From IMG/VR virus record IMGVR_UViG_2974795854_000001, positions 8,980 to 72,979 of that record: 64,000 nt of DNA. One strand, given 5' to 3'. Every line of letters begins with the position of its first letter. The first letter of the stretch is position 1. The position numbers were made by a program, and so were the translations under genes. The notes under the pieces were generated by a model. The model was not told where the DNA came from. It worked only from the letters and a program-made list of their open reading frames with translations, and searched no databases. Shown here in pieces: positions 61,166 to 64,000 of this stretch. The stretch is from a virus (lineage: Duplodnaviria > Caudoviricetes).

Positions 61166-64000
61166 TACAGAACTATATACTTTTCTAGTTCTTTCCATTA
61201 GTAGGTTCAACTCTTCTTGTTGTTCTACTAGAAGCTTCACTTGTTTGTTGTAAGCTTTTCTTCCTTCCTTTAGTTTAGAGTCAACCAATCTCTTGGCCTT
61301 CTCGTCAGAGATTTTACCTTCATCGGCTCTCCTTAGTATCTCAGAAATATCAAAACTATTCTTCTTTTGAATACTAGACATCTTATCATTAATTTCCTTT
61401 TGTTTGTAGTTTATTGTTTTGTAACCACCTTCAATAGTCTTCTTAAGACTTTCATTATCGTAGGTTTGTACTTTAACTACTCTAGAAACTATAATATCAA
61501 ATAACGTCTTATCCCTTCCGAAATAATCTTCTCCGTACTCATTGGCCAAATACGCATCTTGTATAGGTGCGAATAGTGGGAACTGAGACCTAGAGATATA
61601 CTCTAATCGGTTAACTAACTTCTCTCCGTCATCTAACCCAGATTCCTTATACCTAGTGGCGTAAGGGTCTGTAATGGCCTTCCCTCGGAAATCTTTATTA
61701 CTGAAAAAGGCTGCGTACCAAGGGCCTAATAATAAATCCGGAGTGTCTAAACTACCAGACTCTTGCCCCTTCTCTTCCATACCTGTATTTTTGTACTGGA
61801 ATGGCATGAACTTACCTGCCTTCTCTAACATAGAGCCTGTAGGAATGTCGTATTCGTAGAATGGAGAAATAAATCTCGCTACGTTTACTTCCTTGTCTTC
61901 ACTTACTTTGAATGTAAGAGGGATGTCAGCAAAACCTAAGTTTATTTTAGGTATGAACGGTCTAGCCTCTCTTATCAATCTCTCTTCCTCTTCTTCACCT
62001 GCAAGCATGGTAGATGTAAATAATGCAACACCTTTTAACATGAACATAAATGAAGCGGTTGTAAGTGGTCTCTTAGTAACTGCATTCTTCATAATCCTTT
62101 GTAAATCCGCTTGGAACTTTATGTAAGCATTACCCACCAATGGCGTCTTTGCCGCTAAATCCCAAGTCTTACCTACAGTCGCATAGTTTTGGAATCCTTC
62201 AAATACTTTTTGTACAGCTTCGGCCTCTGTGTATCCAACTCTCTTAAGTGCCTTGAACGCCGCCAACTTCATAACATCATCCGAAGATGAGTACATCTTT
62301 TGAGCGAACTCGTCTACCTTAAGAACTTTCTCCCACGCCTTTTTAGCTGCGGTAGTTGCCTTGTTATTTACACCTAAGTTCTCCGCCTCTGCTCTAGAAT
62401 TAATTAAATCCCCTGAAAGAATATCTGAGTCAATTATACCGAACTCTAATAAAGTTAAGTAGTCACCAGACTTAGATTTTAAATCTCTTCTAGCCCCTAA
62501 AGACTCGTAGGCCATTTGACCAATGTTTATACCTGTAACAAATGCAAAAGCTGTGTTAGATACCAAGTTACCTAATTGAACTACAGGAGAGTAAACAGTA
62601 TGATACTTTTTCAAGAACTGTCTAACTGCATTCCTATCGTAATACTTAGCTAATTTGTAAGCAAGGTCGGCATACTTGTTATTAAAGAAATACCCTTTGA
62701 AATCTTCCGCCACGTAATCAACTACATACTTGCCGTCTAATTTACCATAGGCCTTCCCAGTAAGAAGCGTGTACCCTTTAACTTTGCCATTCTTATCTTT
62801 AAGCTTATCGTGTTCTGCTTTATCTAAAACACTACCTTTCTTTTTAGATATTAAAGAAGAGTATGCCAATACCGCTGCGTTTCTTTCCGTCTGTACCATT
62901 CTATTCATAGTTAAATAAATAGGGTCTTGTATAGCGTTGTCAACCATCCATTCAGTAATGTCTTTTCTTTCCTTGTATATATCGTCTAAGATTTGATTCT
63001 TAATAGTAGATTCTACAGGTTCGCCCACAGTCTCGTGTCCTTCATAACCTCTACCGATATAGTTATCTTTAAATTTATCATAAGTCTCTTTAGAGATTAA
63101 TCCTAATGCAAAGTTAGTTTCGTGAGTCTGGTTATTTATGTCTCTAAGTATATCGTATAAAGCTCTCTCGTTGTCTGTTAACTCTTCAAGTAAAACTCCG
63201 TCTTGTACGCTGTATAATCCCGGATCTAAAACAGAGTGAACTCTTCTAGCTGATTCAGGGTCGTTGTTAATAAGCGTCTTAAGATCCTCGGCCATTTTAG
63301 CCGCCTTAACGTAAGCAAGTTTTTGACGACCTGCAACCATACGTCTTTGTGTCAACTCTACGTCGGTACGTGGTAAACCATTTGCCCAACCTATAGCGAA
63401 CTTAGCCGCACTTCTAATAAGGTCGTTTCTACTCTTAGCTCCTTCATCTATCTTTTGAGCCACGTATCTATCAGCTACATCCGCCATCTTACTGAAAACT
63501 GCTTCATCTATGAAAGATACCAATGGCACCCCAGAGAAAAGTTTTCTAGTGATAGACTTTCTATCCTTCTTAGTAAGTATGTCAAGGTCGCCCATCTCAG
63601 ATTCAAAGTTGTCGATAACTGCTTGTTGGTCAGCATCGTTCAAACCTTTAAACCAATCAGATTCTTTTACGTGGTTTAAACCTATAGAAAGTAAGTCCGC
63701 TGTAGTTTTAGCCGCAGCAACCCCAACTCTCATAGCGTCTACCGCACTCTTGGCAATAACTACTGGTAAGTTCATACCTGCTGTAGCTCCTCCAAAATTC
63801 TTCAACTCTTTACTAAGTTTTGTCAAATAAGCCTCTGCCTTAGCTAGGCCTAATGTGTTAGAAAGGTCTACCTCTGATAAACTTTCTATTGGATTAGTAC
63901 CTGCAAGTTTTGAGTCTATAAGTTTTAGCGCCAAGGCTTGATTCTTAGTAAGGCCCCTTTTAGTATTAGATAATCTCACCAACTTTGCTTTTACAGCTTC
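61160..64000 (-). CDS. large internal virion/DNA-ejection-type protein, 5' end outside the window
   Basis: The frame stays open from the track's TTG at 63982 to base 64000. More than 940 aa, helical. Function is inferred from size and position. Confidence 0.6.
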   Translation of the reverse strand, partial: EAVKAKLVRLSNTKRGLTKNQALALKLIDSKLAGTNPIESLSEVDLSNTLGLAKAEAYLTKLSKELKNFGGATAGMNLPVVIAKSAVDAMRVGVAAAKTTADLLSIGLNHVKESDWFKGLNDADQQAVIDNFESEMGDLDILTKKDRKSITRKLFSGVPLVSFIDEAVFSKMADVADRYVAQKIDEGAKSRNDLIRSAAKFAIGWANGLPRTDVELTQRRMVAGRQKLAYVKAAKMAEDLKTLINNDPESARRVHSVLDPGLYSVQDGVLLEELTDNERALYDILRDINNQTHETNFALGLISKETYDKFKDNYIGRGYEGHETVGEPVESTIKNQILDDIYKERKDITEWMVDNAIQDPIYLTMNRMVQTERNAAVLAYSSLISKKKGSVLDKAEHDKLKDKNGKVKGYTLLTGKAYGKLDGKYVVDYVAEDFKGYFFNNKYADLAYKLAKYYDRNAVRQFLKKYHTVYSPVVQLGNLVSNTAFAFVTGINIGQMAYESLGARRDLKSKSGDYLTLLEFGIIDSDILSGDLINSRAEAENLGVNNKATTAAKKAWEKVLKVDEFAQKMYSSSDDVMKLAAFKALKRVGYTEAEAVQKVFEGFQNYATVGKTWDLAAKTPLVGNAYIKFQADLQRIMKNAVTKRPLTTASFMFMLKGVALFTSTMLAGEEEEERLIREARPFIPKINLGFADIPLTFKVSEDKEVNVARFISPFYEYDIPTGSMLEKAGKFMPFQYKNTGMEEKGQESGSLDTPDLLLGPWYAAFFSNKDFRGKAITDPYATRYKESGLDDGEKLVNRLEYISRSQFPLFAPIQDAYLANEYGEDYFGRDKTLFDIIVSRVVKVQTYDNESLKKTIEGGYKTINYKQKEINDKMSSIQKKNSFDISEILRRADEGKISDEKAKRLVDSKLKEGRKAYNKQVKLLVEQQEELNLLMERTRKVYSSVK

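Overview
This window is part of a lytic, podovirus-like dsDNA phage of Bacteroidota, probably Flavobacteriaceae. The host assignment rests on TAnnTTTG promoters throughout. The gene set resembles what I recall for Cellulophaga phi38:1/Calle-type phages, which is unverified. Layout: (1) 1-20.9 kb, minus strand: morphogenesis and lysis genes (tail/adaptor proteins, major capsid, scaffold, portal, large terminase, double-GroES protein, two tail fibres, spanin-like protein, amidase, holin-like protein) and a serine recombinase. (2) 21.7-25.4 kb, minus strand: 24 tRNA genes covering all 20 amino acids, arranged in three operons. (3) 26.1-27.7 kb: ORF-free switch region with tandem promoters and a hairpin-rich leader. 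(4) 27.7-61.1 kb, plus strand: early and replication genes (tmRNA, extra tRNAs, tRNA-like RNAs, RtcB, phosphoesterase, primase-helicase, family A DNA polymerase, nucleases, GroES/GroEL). (5) A partial large virion protein at the right edge. Main discovery: each of the three tRNA operons starts with the same promoter repeat, then a 25-29 codon leader ORF, then an intrinsic terminator directly before the first tRNA. Each leader carries a run of 13-17 codons read almost exclusively by the tRNAs of its own operon, and all 24 tRNAs have a cognate codon in their own leader. Each leader's 3' part can pair with the terminator's 5' arm. This looks like a phage ribosome-stalling attenuation system that senses shortage of specific tRNAs and switches on replacement tRNA genes. 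I know of no description of it. All tRNA and RNA folds were read by eye, and coordinates may be off by a base or two.
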